In this document: piece by piece, positions 1-9,235 of the stretch
Position numbering within the stretch: position 1 is the first letter of the stretch
Layout of the letters: each line of letters begins with the position of its first letter
Made by a program: the position numbers and the translations under genes
The notes under the pieces: generated by a model
The model's database searches: none
The model's input: only the letters and a program-made list of their open reading frames with translations
Told to the model about the DNA's origin: nothing
Origin: Gemmatimonas sp.
GTDB lineage: Bacteria > Gemmatimonadota > Gemmatimonadetes > Gemmatimonadales > Gemmatimonadaceae
DNA: 64,000 nt
Reading direction: 5' to 3'
NCBI GenBank assembly: GCA_965279375.1
Contig: OZ257156.1
Span: forward strand, 384,001-448,000

Positions 1-260
1 GCGAGGTCAGTCAAGCGGAATGATTTCTCGATGTCAACATCCCATCTCGATGCAGTTTTGCCTGTGAAGCAACGCAAGGTTAACCACGTTTCAGATCAAG
101 CCGACGCTCCATACCGACGATCTCAGGGACACGTTGTCGGCCACGAACTGCTTGTCCCGCTGACGCGCGTATTGTCCACCGATAGCGCCGTGTCGTGCAC
201 CATTCTCGCACTCGCGATCGGCCGCTGATCCCACACTGATCGGTGATATCCCGAAAACAC

Positions 261-296
261 CGAGGCCCCGAACGCAGATTCGCGTCCGGGGCCTCG
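261..296 (-). terminator. Intrinsic terminator downstream of susD
   Basis: Inverted repeat cgaggccccg...cggggcctcg. The aaaa just 5' on the + strand gives a U-tract on the minus strand, about 30 nt past the susD stop. Confidence 0.7.
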
Positions 297-327
297 ATTT
301 CATCGTCCATCAATCACGTCATGCCAA

Positions 328-1722
328 TCACGGCGCGCGATCGGTGCAGCCCTTGAAGTTCGGGTTGTTCCGCTCGTCGAACGAGACCGGCAGGTTCACG
401 TCCTTGCCGTAGTTGCCACCCTTGTAGTGCACGCCCTGCGGGAAGGTGTTGGCTTCCGTGCGGCCGTACTGCTTGATGAGACGGCGCATGTCGCCCAACC
501 GCTGGCCGCGGCTGAAGGTCCAGAACGCCTTCTCACGGAAGTGCAGCGAGACGCGCGCGTCCGTGGTGCCCGGATCGGTCAGCGCCGGAAGCGCCGCCGA
601 CTGAACGTCGCCCATCTTGGGCGGCGCCGCACGGAGTGCATTGTGAATCGCCAGCCACGACGTGACGTTGCCGGCCTTGAGGGCCGCTTCGGCTTCGATC
701 ATGCGCGCATCGATGCCGTTGGCAACGTCAACCGCGGTGACCTGGCCCCACATCGTCGTGGTGCGCGTGTACGTCAGGCCGTCCTGACCGTTGATGGCGC
801 CCGTGGTCGGAATCGTGACCGGGAGACGCGGATCGCGGGCTGACGAGAACGGAATGGCGTTGGCCACGCGGATGTCGCGACGGTTCCCTTCGATGCTGTC
901 ACCCACACTGTAGCGGCGGGAGCTGAGCCCCTGTCCCCACAGCGTGTTGGTGCCGGTGGCGAGCGACGACGTGTGCTGGTACGCGAACGTCGACGGGACG
1001 CCGGCCACAAAGCCCGCCGCCGCCGGATAGTCGTTCAACGCCAGCGCCACGCGACCGCGAGCCACACGCGACGCACGGTTGATGAGCACGCTCTGCGCAT
1101 CGGCGCCGTTGGAGAACGCGATCGCCGAGTCGAGCGAGGCCGCCGCGTAGCCGAACACTGCGGCGGTGGACTGCGGTGAGGCATCCGTCGGCGACGCCGA
1201 ATAGACGTTGCTGATCGGAATGCCGTTGCAGAAATCCGATGCCAGCTGCATCTCCGCAAAACCGCGCGCCAGATACATCTCGGCGATCAGCGAGCGGAGG
1301 TCCGGACGCACCTTCTGCAGCAGCGTGATCGACTCGCTGGCCCGCGTACGCGTGCGATACAGGTTGCGCAGCTGGCCGGTGATCGACGAGTTGTTTTCCT
1401 GAATGAAGCGCTGGTCCGTCTCGTCGTTCTGGATGAACGTCGAGCTGGTGCTCCATTCGTCGGCCAGCAAGCCGCCGAACATCCACGTGCTCTCACCGCC
1501 GCCCGTGATGCTGCGGAAGGTACCGATGGCACCGTTGGCGAGCGCGACGGCCGCTTCCGCGGAGACGACGTCGGACGGGTTGATGATGTCAGGATCGGTC
1601 ACCTGCAGGAGCCGGTCATTGGCCCCCTGACAGGCGACGGCGGAGAGCGTGAGCGAGAGGGCGAGCGTGCCGCCGATGCGGCGCGTCGAGAAGAGCCGGC
1701 CCGTGTTGTTGTATGAAGTCAT
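328..1722 (-). CDS. susD: SusD/RagB-family outer-membrane nutrient-binding lipoprotein
   Basis: Lipobox AVAC; SusD-like motifs (GLLADE, EMYLARGFAEMQLASDFC, EAEAAL, REKAFWTFSRGQRLGDMRR, LPVSFDERNNPN). Lies 13 nt downstream of the SusC gene. Confidence 0.9.
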   Translation of the reverse strand: MTSYNNTGRLFSTRRIGGTLALSLTLSAVACQGANDRLLQVTDPDIINPSDVVSAEAAVALANGAIGTFRSITGGGESTWMFGGLLADEWSTSSTFIQNDETDQRFIQENNSSITGQLRNLYRTRTRASESITLLQKVRPDLRSLIAEMYLARGFAEMQLASDFCNGIPISNVYSASPTDASPQSTAAVFGYAAASLDSAIAFSNGADAQSVLINRASRVARGRVALALNDYPAAAGFVAGVPSTFAYQHTSSLATGTNTLWGQGLSSRRYSVGDSIEGNRRDIRVANAIPFSSARDPRLPVTIPTTGAINGQDGLTYTRTTTMWGQVTAVDVANGIDARMIEAEAALKAGNVTSWLAIHNALRAAPPKMGDVQSAALPALTDPGTTDARVSLHFREKAFWTFSRGQRLGDMRRLIKQYGRTEANTFPQGVHYKGGNYGKDVNLPVSFDERNNPNFKGCTDRAP

Positions 1723-1735
1723 GGGTCAGTTCTCC

Positions 1736-4700
1736 TTAGTAGCCGATGTTGAAGCGGGCGATGAAGTAGCTCGGCGGTCCGATCGTCTGGAATTCCTGCG
1801 GCGCGTCGCCGCCGCCCGTCGTGTTGAAGCCCGATTCCGGATCGGTGCCACGGTAGTTCGTCCAGAGCTTGAGATTGCGGCCCGAGAGCACCACCGAGAG
1901 CGAGCGCGCCCGCGCCAACTTGCGCGCCAGCGTGTTGGAGAACGTGTACTGCACCGACGCTTCACGCAGACGGACGAACGCGCCCGGCTGGAAGAAGCCG
2001 TCAAGCGTACGAGCCGGGTGTTCGTTGGCGGCGATGTTGGTCGCCTGATCGATCAGCTCCGCCTTGAGGTCCATGCGGCCGGCGCAGTTCGGGCGCGTGC
2101 AGCGGATGCGCTCCGTGTTGTTGTACCACTTGTTGCCACCACGGTAGTCGAACATGGTGTTGATACGGAGCTTGCGATTGAACAGCTCGAATCCGTTGGT
2201 GAACGTCGCCTGGTACGGCGGCGTCGCATAGCCACGGAAGATCGCGGAGTCGCCCACGACCACTTCGTTCTTCGCCGGATCGGCCCAGTAGGTCAGCAAG
2301 CCGTCACCATTCTTGTCCTGATAGCTCTTGATCGGCGGCGCCCAGAGGCCGGCGATCGGGTAGCCAGCGACCGTGCGCGACGTCGTGCCGATCTGCGGCG
2401 GCGTGTCACCGAGCGAGACGACCTTGTTCGCGTTGATCGAACCGGCGATGGTGGCATCCCAGCCGAACTTCTCACCCTGCGCGAGCTGCGCGGTCAGGGC
2501 CAGTTCCATACCGGCGTTCTTCACGGCACCCAGGTTGCGCAGCTGCGACGCGACCGCGCCATACGACGGCGGGAGCACGGCGCTGATCAGCGCGTCCTGC
2601 GTGATTTTGCTGTAGTACGTCGCGTCGAGGTTGAGGCGGGAGTTGAACATCCCGATTTCGAAGCCCGTCTCCTGCTCAGCCGAGCGTTCCGGCTTGAGGT
2701 TCGCGTTACCGAGCGCCGCCTGCGTCACCGTCGGCTGGTCGACATTCGCAATGCTCGTGGTGCCCGCGTTGTAGAACTGCAACGCGTCGTTGGGGCCCGG
2801 CTGCACGCCGGACTGACCATAGGCATAGCGCAAGCGCACCGAGTTCACGAACGACGGTGCCTTCCACCAATCCTCCTGCGAAATCAGATACGACGCGGAG
2901 GCCTTCGGATAAATGATGCTCTGGAAGTTCGTGCCGAACGCCGAATTCTGGTCGGAGCGGATGGCGGCCGTCAGGAACAACCGATCGCGCACGGCAATGG
3001 CCTGCTCGATGAACACGCCGAACGTCTTCTGGACCGTGGTGCCTTCGGAGACCGAGAGCGCCGTGCCCGAGCCAACGTTCTGCGAGCCAGGCGCCAGCTG
3101 CGTGGAGCCCGTCGCCGCACCCTGCGAGCGGAAGCCCACGTACTGCGCACCGACGGTGGTCTTCATGCTGAACGCGCTCAACAGGTTGTATTGCGCCGTG
3201 GAGCCGACATCAACGGACAGGTTGTTGATGTTCACGCTGTTCAGGCCGCGCGAGCCAAGCCGCGTGGTGGCCGTGAGCGGCGGGCCTTCGCCACGATAGA
3301 GCAGGTTTTCGTCGAGACGACCGGTCCAGTCGTTACCGACCGTGACGCGATTGCTCAGCCACGTGAACGGACGCCAGTTGGCGTTCGTGGACCAGATGAA
3401 GCGATTGACCGACTGGCCCGTCTTTTCCGACCACGTGTAGTACGGCGTCCACGCGCGGTAGCCCATGAGCGGCGTACCCACACCGGAGATGGTGCCGTTG
3501 TCCGTCGTGCCCGGGCCGCCGAACACCTGCGAACCGACACCGGCCGTGGCGTTGGACTCGAGCGAATAGCGCTGCGCGATGTTGATGAAGTTCGTCGTCA
3601 GTGCAACGTCGAGCTTGGGATTGAGCGCCGCGTTGAGGTTCATGCGCAACGTCTTGCGATCGAGCGCATTGGGACGGCTCGTCCACGGACGCAGCGGCAG
3701 GCCGAGCGAATCGACGCGACGACGTTCGAACTGCGGCAGCGAGAGCGCACCGACTTCGATTTCGTCTTCCACGCCCATGAAGTAGCGCAGCGCCTCGGTG
3801 CCGCCGGAGACCTGCACGCCATACTTCTGGCGGTTGCCCGTTCCGATGGGCGTCAGGTCGGGGCGGGAGAAGATGTCGAGCGAGCTGGTCGAGTCGGCGA
3901 GGCATTCGCCCGTGCCCACGCGCTGCAGGTTGCAGAAGCCGCGCGTCGAGACGGTTTCACCCGGGCGCTTGCCCCACGTGGTGAACGCCGCCGGATAGTA
4001 GTTGCGGTCGGAGATGCTGCCACCCTCGCCGGTGATCGACCAGCGCGCGGCGCCGGCGCGTCCCTTCTTGGTCGTCACGAGAATCACGCCGTTGGCGGCG
4101 TCGGTGCCGTACAGCGTGGCCGCCGACGGCCCCTTCACGACTTCGATGTTCTCGATTTCGTCGGGATTGATGTCGCCGGTACGGCTGGCGTTGTTGCCGC
4201 CGGTGCCACCGCCGTTACCCGTCGCCGTGCCGAAGTTGGCATTGTTGCTGGTCATACGAATGCCGTCGATGATCCAGATCGGCTCGTTCGACAAGCTGAC
4301 CGAGTTCATGCCGCGCACGCGAATGCGCGAGCCGGTTCCGGTCTGCGTACCGGTCGTCACGGTGACGCCCGGCGCGCGCGAGTTGAGGAGATCGCTGATG
4401 CTGCCCACCGGCGCGGTCTCGAGCACCTTCGCCGCGTCAATATTCGCCGTGGCGTTGCCGATTTCCACGCGGCGCTGTTCGCCCGTCGCGGTCGTCACGA
4501 CCGGCTGCAGGTTCACGGCCGCCGTGGCGATCGCGAACTCCAGCGTCGCCGTCTGCCCCGACACGATCGTGACGCGCTTGGTGGACTCGGCGTACCCGAC
4601 GCGCAGAACGCGCACGGTGTAGTCACCGGGCGTCACCAGACGCAGCGTCAGTTTGCCGTCAGGCGACGTCGGACCGCCGATCGACGTGCCCACCAGGAAG

Positions 4701-4861
4701 ACGCGCGCGGCTTCGACCGGGCGTTTGCTGGCGACATCGGTGACGGTAACGGCCAGCGTGCCTCCGGCAGCCTGCTGGGCTTCTGCTTGCGGTCGCGCAA
4801 TCAATAGCGCGCCGAGCAGTGTGCCCATAAGCGCCGCACGTGGGCGCCAGAACTGGAGCAT
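1736..4861 (-). CDS. susC: SusC/RagA-family TonB-dependent receptor
   Basis: Signal peptide, carboxypeptidase-regulatory-like N-domain, plug signature INPDEIENIEVVKGPSAATLYGTDAANGVILVTTKKG, GNANLKPE motif and C-terminal aromatic residue. SD-like GAGGAG upstream. Confidence 0.95.
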   Translation of the reverse strand: MLQFWRPRAALMGTLLGALLIARPQAEAQQAAGGTLAVTVTDVASKRPVEAARVFLVGTSIGGPTSPDGKLTLRLVTPGDYTVRVLRVGYAESTKRVTIVSGQTATLEFAIATAAVNLQPVVTTATGEQRRVEIGNATANIDAAKVLETAPVGSISDLLNSRAPGVTVTTGTQTGTGSRIRVRGMNSVSLSNEPIWIIDGIRMTSNNANFGTATGNGGGTGGNNASRTGDINPDEIENIEVVKGPSAATLYGTDAANGVILVTTKKGRAGAARWSITGEGGSISDRNYYPAAFTTWGKRPGETVSTRGFCNLQRVGTGECLADSTSSLDIFSRPDLTPIGTGNRQKYGVQVSGGTEALRYFMGVEDEIEVGALSLPQFERRRVDSLGLPLRPWTSRPNALDRKTLRMNLNAALNPKLDVALTTNFINIAQRYSLESNATAGVGSQVFGGPGTTDNGTISGVGTPLMGYRAWTPYYTWSEKTGQSVNRFIWSTNANWRPFTWLSNRVTVGNDWTGRLDENLLYRGEGPPLTATTRLGSRGLNSVNINNLSVDVGSTAQYNLLSAFSMKTTVGAQYVGFRSQGAATGSTQLAPGSQNVGSGTALSVSEGTTVQKTFGVFIEQAIAVRDRLFLTAAIRSDQNSAFGTNFQSIIYPKASASYLISQEDWWKAPSFVNSVRLRYAYGQSGVQPGPNDALQFYNAGTTSIANVDQPTVTQAALGNANLKPERSAEQETGFEIGMFNSRLNLDATYYSKITQDALISAVLPPSYGAVASQLRNLGAVKNAGMELALTAQLAQGEKFGWDATIAGSINANKVVSLGDTPPQIGTTSRTVAGYPIAGLWAPPIKSYQDKNGDGLLTYWADPAKNEVVVGDSAIFRGYATPPYQATFTNGFELFNRKLRINTMFDYRGGNKWYNNTERIRCTRPNCAGRMDLKAELIDQATNIAANEHPARTLDGFFQPGAFVRLREASVQYTFSNTLARKLARARSLSVVLSGRNLKLWTNYRGTDPESGFNTTGGGDAPQEFQTIGPPSYFIARFNIGY

Positions 4862-5198
4862 GAGCGGGTCTCCTCAAAAAATTGGGGTACAGGGCAGTCG
4901 AGTCGCCGACTGTCGGCCTTTTCGCCGCGCTAATATCTCAGTGCTACCGGGAAATCGCCAATACTTGCGTCCGGTTGCCGAGCTGTTGCGCGGTGTTTCC
5001 GAACTGCGACCTCGCGGGACTAACAGCATTCGGCCGGTCTTTCGTCACATCGGCGCGTCGCCGTCGTCGCGCGACATCGAACGCCGCGCCATGGCATCTC
5101 GACCGCGCAACGTTTTCACCACGGCGACTGGCCTCGACGGTCTGCGCGTGTACCCTTAGCGCACCCGCCCACCACTCCACGCCAGCGTCCGAACTCCC

Positions 5199-6752
5199 AT
5201 GGATCGTCGCGATTTCCTCGTCGATGTCACGCGCGCAGCGGCCCTCTGTGCCGTCGTCCCCAACGTCTGGCGCGTCAGCAACCGCGCGCGCTTCGTAGAC
5301 AATCCATTCACGCTTGGGGTTGCGTCCGGCGACCCCACCGCAACGGGTGGCGTCCTTTGGACACGGCTCGCCCCACGACCGCTGGAAGCCGAAGGCGGCA
5401 TGGACGGCACGCGCGTCACGGTGACGTGGGAAGTGGCCGACGACGAGAACTTCAAGACCATCGTCAAGTCCGGTCGCGCGACCGCCGCGCCGGAGCTCTC
5501 GTACAGCGTCCACATCGACGTGGACGGACTCGCCCCCGATCGCTGGTACTTCTATCGCTTCTCCAGCGGCACCGCGACCGCCGGCGCCACAAGCCCGGTG
5601 GGCCGCTTCCGCACCACGCCCGCGGCAGGCGTCATCTCCCCGCTCAGCCTCGCCTTCGCCTCGTGCCAGCACTGGGAGCAGGGGCTCTTCACCGCCCACG
5701 GCCACATGGCCCGCGAGAACGCCGACCTCGTCGCGTTCCTCGGCGACTACTTCTACGAGTACGGCGGCTCCGAGGGCGCAGTGCGCAAGCACGTCGGACT
5801 CGAGATCCGCACGCTCGACGACTACCGCCGCCGCTACGCGCTCTACAAAGGCGACGTCAACCTGCAGGCCTCGCACGCCATGTGCCCATGGATCGTGGTG
5901 TGGGACGATCACGAGTTCGACAACAACTACGCCGGACTCAATGGCGAGAACAACATGGAGTCGGAAGAGCAGATGCACACACGTCGCGCTGCCGCGTATC
6001 AGGCGTGGTGGGAGCATCAGCCGGTGCGTGTGCCGCGCGTCAAGTCGTGGGCCGATCTCAACATCACGCGCCAGATCGAATGGGGCGGCCTCGCCAGCTT
6101 CTGGATGCTCGACACCCGCCAGTATCGCAACGATCAGGCGTGTGGCGATGGCACCAAGCGCGTGCCGTGCGGCGAGTGGGCCGATCCATCGCGCACGCTC
6201 ATGGGCGACGCGCAGGAGAAGTGGCTGCTCAACGGTGTCGGCGCCTCCAAGGCCAAGTGGCAGGTGCTCGCCAATCAGGTGATGATGGCGCCGTACGACA
6301 ATGATCCGACCGATGCGGTCATGGTCTCGATGGATCAGTGGAGCGGCTATCCCGTCGCGCGCGATCGCCTGCTCAAGGGGCTCGCCGATCGCGCGCCCAA
6401 TCGCACCGTCGTTATCACGGGCGACATCCACACGAACTGGGTGAACGAGCTGCACAGCGATTTCTCGCGTCCAGATCGCCCGATCACCGGCGCCGAGTTC
6501 GTGGCGACGAGCATTTCCTCGGGCGGGGACGGCGTGGCCGTGCTTCCCGCCAACGCCAAGGCGTCACTCGCGGCCAACCCGCACATCAAGTGGCACAGTC
6601 GGCAGCGCGGCTACGTGACGTGCAAGGTGGACGCGAGCACTTGGCACACGGAGTATCGCACGGTGCCGTTCGTGACCAAGCCGGACGCACCGATTGAAAC
6701 GCCGAGCAAGTGGCGGGTGGAGCATGGGAAGGCGGGGATCACCGCCGTTTAA
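5199..6752 (+). CDS. phoD: Alkaline phosphatase D (PhoD), Tat-exported
   Basis: Twin-arginine signal MDRRDFL; PhoD motifs FTLGVASGDP, FASCQH, FLGDYFYE, VWDDHEFDNN, LDTRQYR, DQWSGY, TGDIH. Confidence 0.95.
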   Translation: MDRRDFLVDVTRAAALCAVVPNVWRVSNRARFVDNPFTLGVASGDPTATGGVLWTRLAPRPLEAEGGMDGTRVTVTWEVADDENFKTIVKSGRATAAPELSYSVHIDVDGLAPDRWYFYRFSSGTATAGATSPVGRFRTTPAAGVISPLSLAFASCQHWEQGLFTAHGHMARENADLVAFLGDYFYEYGGSEGAVRKHVGLEIRTLDDYRRRYALYKGDVNLQASHAMCPWIVVWDDHEFDNNYAGLNGENNMESEEQMHTRRAAAYQAWWEHQPVRVPRVKSWADLNITRQIEWGGLASFWMLDTRQYRNDQACGDGTKRVPCGEWADPSRTLMGDAQEKWLLNGVGASKAKWQVLANQVMMAPYDNDPTDAVMVSMDQWSGYPVARDRLLKGLADRAPNRTVVITGDIHTNWVNELHSDFSRPDRPITGAEFVATSISSGGDGVAVLPANAKASLAANPHIKWHSRQRGYVTCKVDASTWHTEYRTVPFVTKPDAPIETPSKWRVEHGKAGITAV

Positions 6753-6776
6753 CTGCCGGTAGCGTTCGCACCATCG

Positions 6777-6829
6777 GAGCCGTCGCGCGCTATCGGATCG
6801 CTATCGGATCGTTAGCGTCGCGACGGCTC
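6777..6829. terminator. Hairpin between convergent phoD and the antiporter gene, overlapping the antiporter stop codon
   Basis: gagccgtcgcg-cgcta (6777-6792) pairs with tagcg-t-cgcgacggctc (6813-6829). The left arm and loop contain a tandem 11-mer (cgctatcggat x2). No U-tract. Confidence 0.55.
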
Positions 6830-8623
6830 TTTCGTACTCGGCGTCAACGACGGCATCAGTGAACTGAACTCGCGCGTCTGCATCCGCGCGCCGCCGCGCA
6901 GTTGCTCCACCACTTCGTCGGCACTGTCGTCGCTCACACCGAGCGACCGCAGGCTGTGGTACGCCATGCCAAACGCGAGTTCGCGTTCGCCCATCAGCGC
7001 CTTGGTCACGTTGAGCGCTTCGAAGAGCTGCTGTTCCTGATCGCTGTGCGTGCGCACCACAATCTCGATGTCGGGATTGCGCGCGCGCGCCAGCGTGATG
7101 ATGTGCCGCGCGTGATACGGATCTGGTGCCGCGATCACCAGCAGCTTGGCGTTCTCCGGATGTGTGTATTCGAGAATGCCCGGACGCGTCGCGTCGCCGT
7201 AGATGGTCGCAACGCCAGTCGTGCGCATCGCCTCCACTACTCGCCGATCCTGCTCCACCGCGACGAACGGAATGCCATAGCGCTGCAGCGCGTCGCCAAT
7301 AGTGCGCCCCACCCGACCATAGCCCACCACGATCGCATGATTGGGCACCATCACCACGTGCAGATCGGTCACCACCAGACTCGGCTCCTTCTGCCGTTCT
7401 AGTCGCTCCAGCAGACCGGGCTTGCTGGAGATCCAGTTGCCCACCACATCCGCCAGCCAGAAGAGCAGCGGATTGAGCACGATGGTGACCAGTGCGGACG
7501 CGAGAATGAGACTGCGCCCGGTCTCCGACAGCACACCGAGCGACACGCCGAGCGCGGCGAGAATGAAGGAGAACTCGCCGATCTGTCCGAGGCTCGCGCC
7601 CAGTCGCAGCGAAGCGCCCAGTGGATGCCGCAACAGCACCATCAGCACGGTCGAGACGAGTCCGTTGGCAATCAGCACGACGGCCACGGTGCTGAACACC
7701 TTCACCGGCTCCTGCACCAACACCAGCGGATCGATCAGCATGCCCACCGACACGAAGAACAGGACGGCGAATGCGTCCTGCAGCGGCAGCGCGTCGGCCG
7801 CGGCGCGATAGCTCAGGTCCGACTCGCTGATCACCACACCGGCGACGAACGCGCCCAACGCGAACGACACGCCAAACAACGACGCGGCGCCAACGGCCAC
7901 GCCCAATGCGACCGCCAGCACCGCCAGCGTGAACAGCTCGCGGGAGCCGCTGCGCGCGACGTGCATCAGCAGCCACGGCACCGCGCGACGCCCAACGATG
8001 CTCATCAGCCCGATGAAGGCCATAACCTTGAGCAAGGTCAGCGTGATCACCCACGCCACACTGCTGGTGGGCGACGTGCTGCTCAGCGGCGACGCGCCAA
8101 GCGCGGTGAGCACCGTTGGGAGCAGCACGAGCACGATGACGACGGCGAGATCTTCCACCACGAGCCAGCCTACGGCGATACGTCCGTCCACCGAGTCGAG
8201 CAGACCGCGCGCTTCGAGCACACGCAGCACCACCACCGTGCTGGACACGGACAGCGCGAGGCCAAATACCAGTGCAGCGGCCGGCGCCCATCCCCACGAC
8301 AGCGCCAGCCAGCCACCCAATGCAGTGGCGACGAGCATTTGCAGCAGCGCACCCGGAAGCGCGATACGCCGCACGCGCATCAAGTCGCCGGGCGAGAAGT
8401 GCAACCCGACGCCAAACATCAGCAGAATCACGCCGATCTCGGCGAGCTGACCGGCCAGCTCCACGTCGCCCACGAACCCCGGCGAGTGCGGCCCGATGAC
8501 GATACCGGCGAGCAGATAGCCCACGAGCGGCGGCAGTCCCACGCGGGAGGCCACGAAGCCAAGCACGAATGCGACCGCGAACGCGCCCGCGAGGGTGAAC
8601 AGCAACGCCGTGTGTGGATTCAT
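6812..8623 (-). CDS. ybaL: CPA2-family cation:proton antiporter (YbaL/Kef type) with C-terminal TrkA-N (RCK) domain
   Basis: About 12-13 TM segments; motifs LAEIGVILLMFGVGLHFS, GWLVVEDL, LGQIGEFSF and cytoplasmic IVVGYGRVG. Start taken at MNPHTALL (8623) to avoid overlap with the GNAT gene. Confidence 0.9.
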   Translation of the reverse strand: MNPHTALLFTLAGAFAVAFVLGFVASRVGLPPLVGYLLAGIVIGPHSPGFVGDVELAGQLAEIGVILLMFGVGLHFSPGDLMRVRRIALPGALLQMLVATALGGWLALSWGWAPAAALVFGLALSVSSTVVVLRVLEARGLLDSVDGRIAVGWLVVEDLAVVIVLVLLPTVLTALGASPLSSTSPTSSVAWVITLTLLKVMAFIGLMSIVGRRAVPWLLMHVARSGSRELFTLAVLAVALGVAVGAASLFGVSFALGAFVAGVVISESDLSYRAAADALPLQDAFAVLFFVSVGMLIDPLVLVQEPVKVFSTVAVVLIANGLVSTVLMVLLRHPLGASLRLGASLGQIGEFSFILAALGVSLGVLSETGRSLILASALVTIVLNPLLFWLADVVGNWISSKPGLLERLERQKEPSLVVTDLHVVMVPNHAIVVGYGRVGRTIGDALQRYGIPFVAVEQDRRVVEAMRTTGVATIYGDATRPGILEYTHPENAKLLVIAAPDPYHARHIITLARARNPDIEIVVRTHSDQEQQLFEALNVTKALMGERELAFGMAYHSLRSLGVSDDSADEVVEQLRGGARMQTREFSSLMPSLTPSTKEPSRR

Positions 8624-8640
8624 GCCGGACAGATCAGGAT

Positions 8641-9147
8641 TCAGGAGGTGCGACGCGCTTCGAACACCAGTTCCAGCAACACCGTGTCGCGCCACACGCC
8701 GAGGCGCTGCGCGATGCGGTCCCGACGCCCCACCACGCGGAAGCCAAGTCGCGTGTGCAGCGCCACGCTGGCCGCATTCTCAGGAAAGATGGACGACTGC
8801 AGCGTCCAAAAGCCGGCGAGCTCGGCCCGCGCGATGAGCGACGTGAGCAGTGCACGACCTGTGCCGCGCCCGCGTGCGCCATCGGCCACATACACGCTCA
8901 CTTCAGCCACCCCCGCGTACACCGCACGCCGCGAGATCGGCGAGAGCGCGGCCCACCCCGTCACGCGCTCGCCGTCCACCGCGACCAGTCGCGGCGCAGG
9001 CACGTGTGAAGCGTCCCACTCATCCCACGTCGGGACCTCCGTATTGAACGTTGCCTGCCCGGTCGCCATCCCCTCGGCGTAGATGCGCGCGACGTCGGGC
9101 CAGTCGGCCGGCGTCATCTCGCGAAGCTGGGGTGGGGAAAGCGTCAT
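8641..9147 (-). CDS. GNAT N-acetyltransferase, phosphinothricin/methionine-sulfoximine acetyltransferase (YncA/MnaT)-like
   Basis: IYAEGMATGQATF, RAVYAGVAEVSVYV, acetyl-CoA motif RGRGTGRALL, IFPENAASVALH..LGF, GVWRD. Start set at MTLSPPQ. Confidence 0.88.
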   Translation of the reverse strand: MTLSPPQLREMTPADWPDVARIYAEGMATGQATFNTEVPTWDEWDASHVPAPRLVAVDGERVTGWAALSPISRRAVYAGVAEVSVYVADGARGRGTGRALLTSLIARAELAGFWTLQSSIFPENAASVALHTRLGFRVVGRRDRIAQRLGVWRDTVLLELVFEARRTS

Positions 9148-9182
9148 GATCCGAGGCAATGTGCCCCCGCTGCGAGGGCGTG

Positions 9183-9208
9183 TGCAAGAAATCCGGGCAC
9201 TGGCGTCT
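9183..9208 (+). promoter_or_regulatory. Candidate ECF-sigma promoter (TGCAAG-N15-CGTC) upstream of the VIT-vWA / ECF operon
   Basis: Resembles the generic ECF -35 / CGTC -10 layout and lies about 30 nt before the operon start. Motif match only. Confidence 0.3.
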
Positions 9209-9235
9209 CCTGTGCGAACCCGACCTGGAGTCGTC

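Noticed and set aside
1..260. Short ORFs (31-228, 80-313, 91-303) at the window start
   Set aside because: No motifs or codon bias; likely the upstream region of a gene outside the window.
1649..4807. 1052-aa ORF on + antisense to susC
   Set aside because: Shadow ORF produced by high-GC codon bias; Arg/Val-rich with no motifs, while the opposite strand is a clear SusC.
5035..5125. Possible PHO box upstream of phoD (gtcaca-like half sites)
   Set aside because: Only isolated half-sites, with no convincing 11-bp-period repeat.
4944..6455. Long antisense ORFs over phoD and similar ones elsewhere (9968-11581, 19819-21492, 25636-27186, 43333-45012)
   Set aside because: All overlap confidently assigned genes on the opposite strand and lack recognisable domains.
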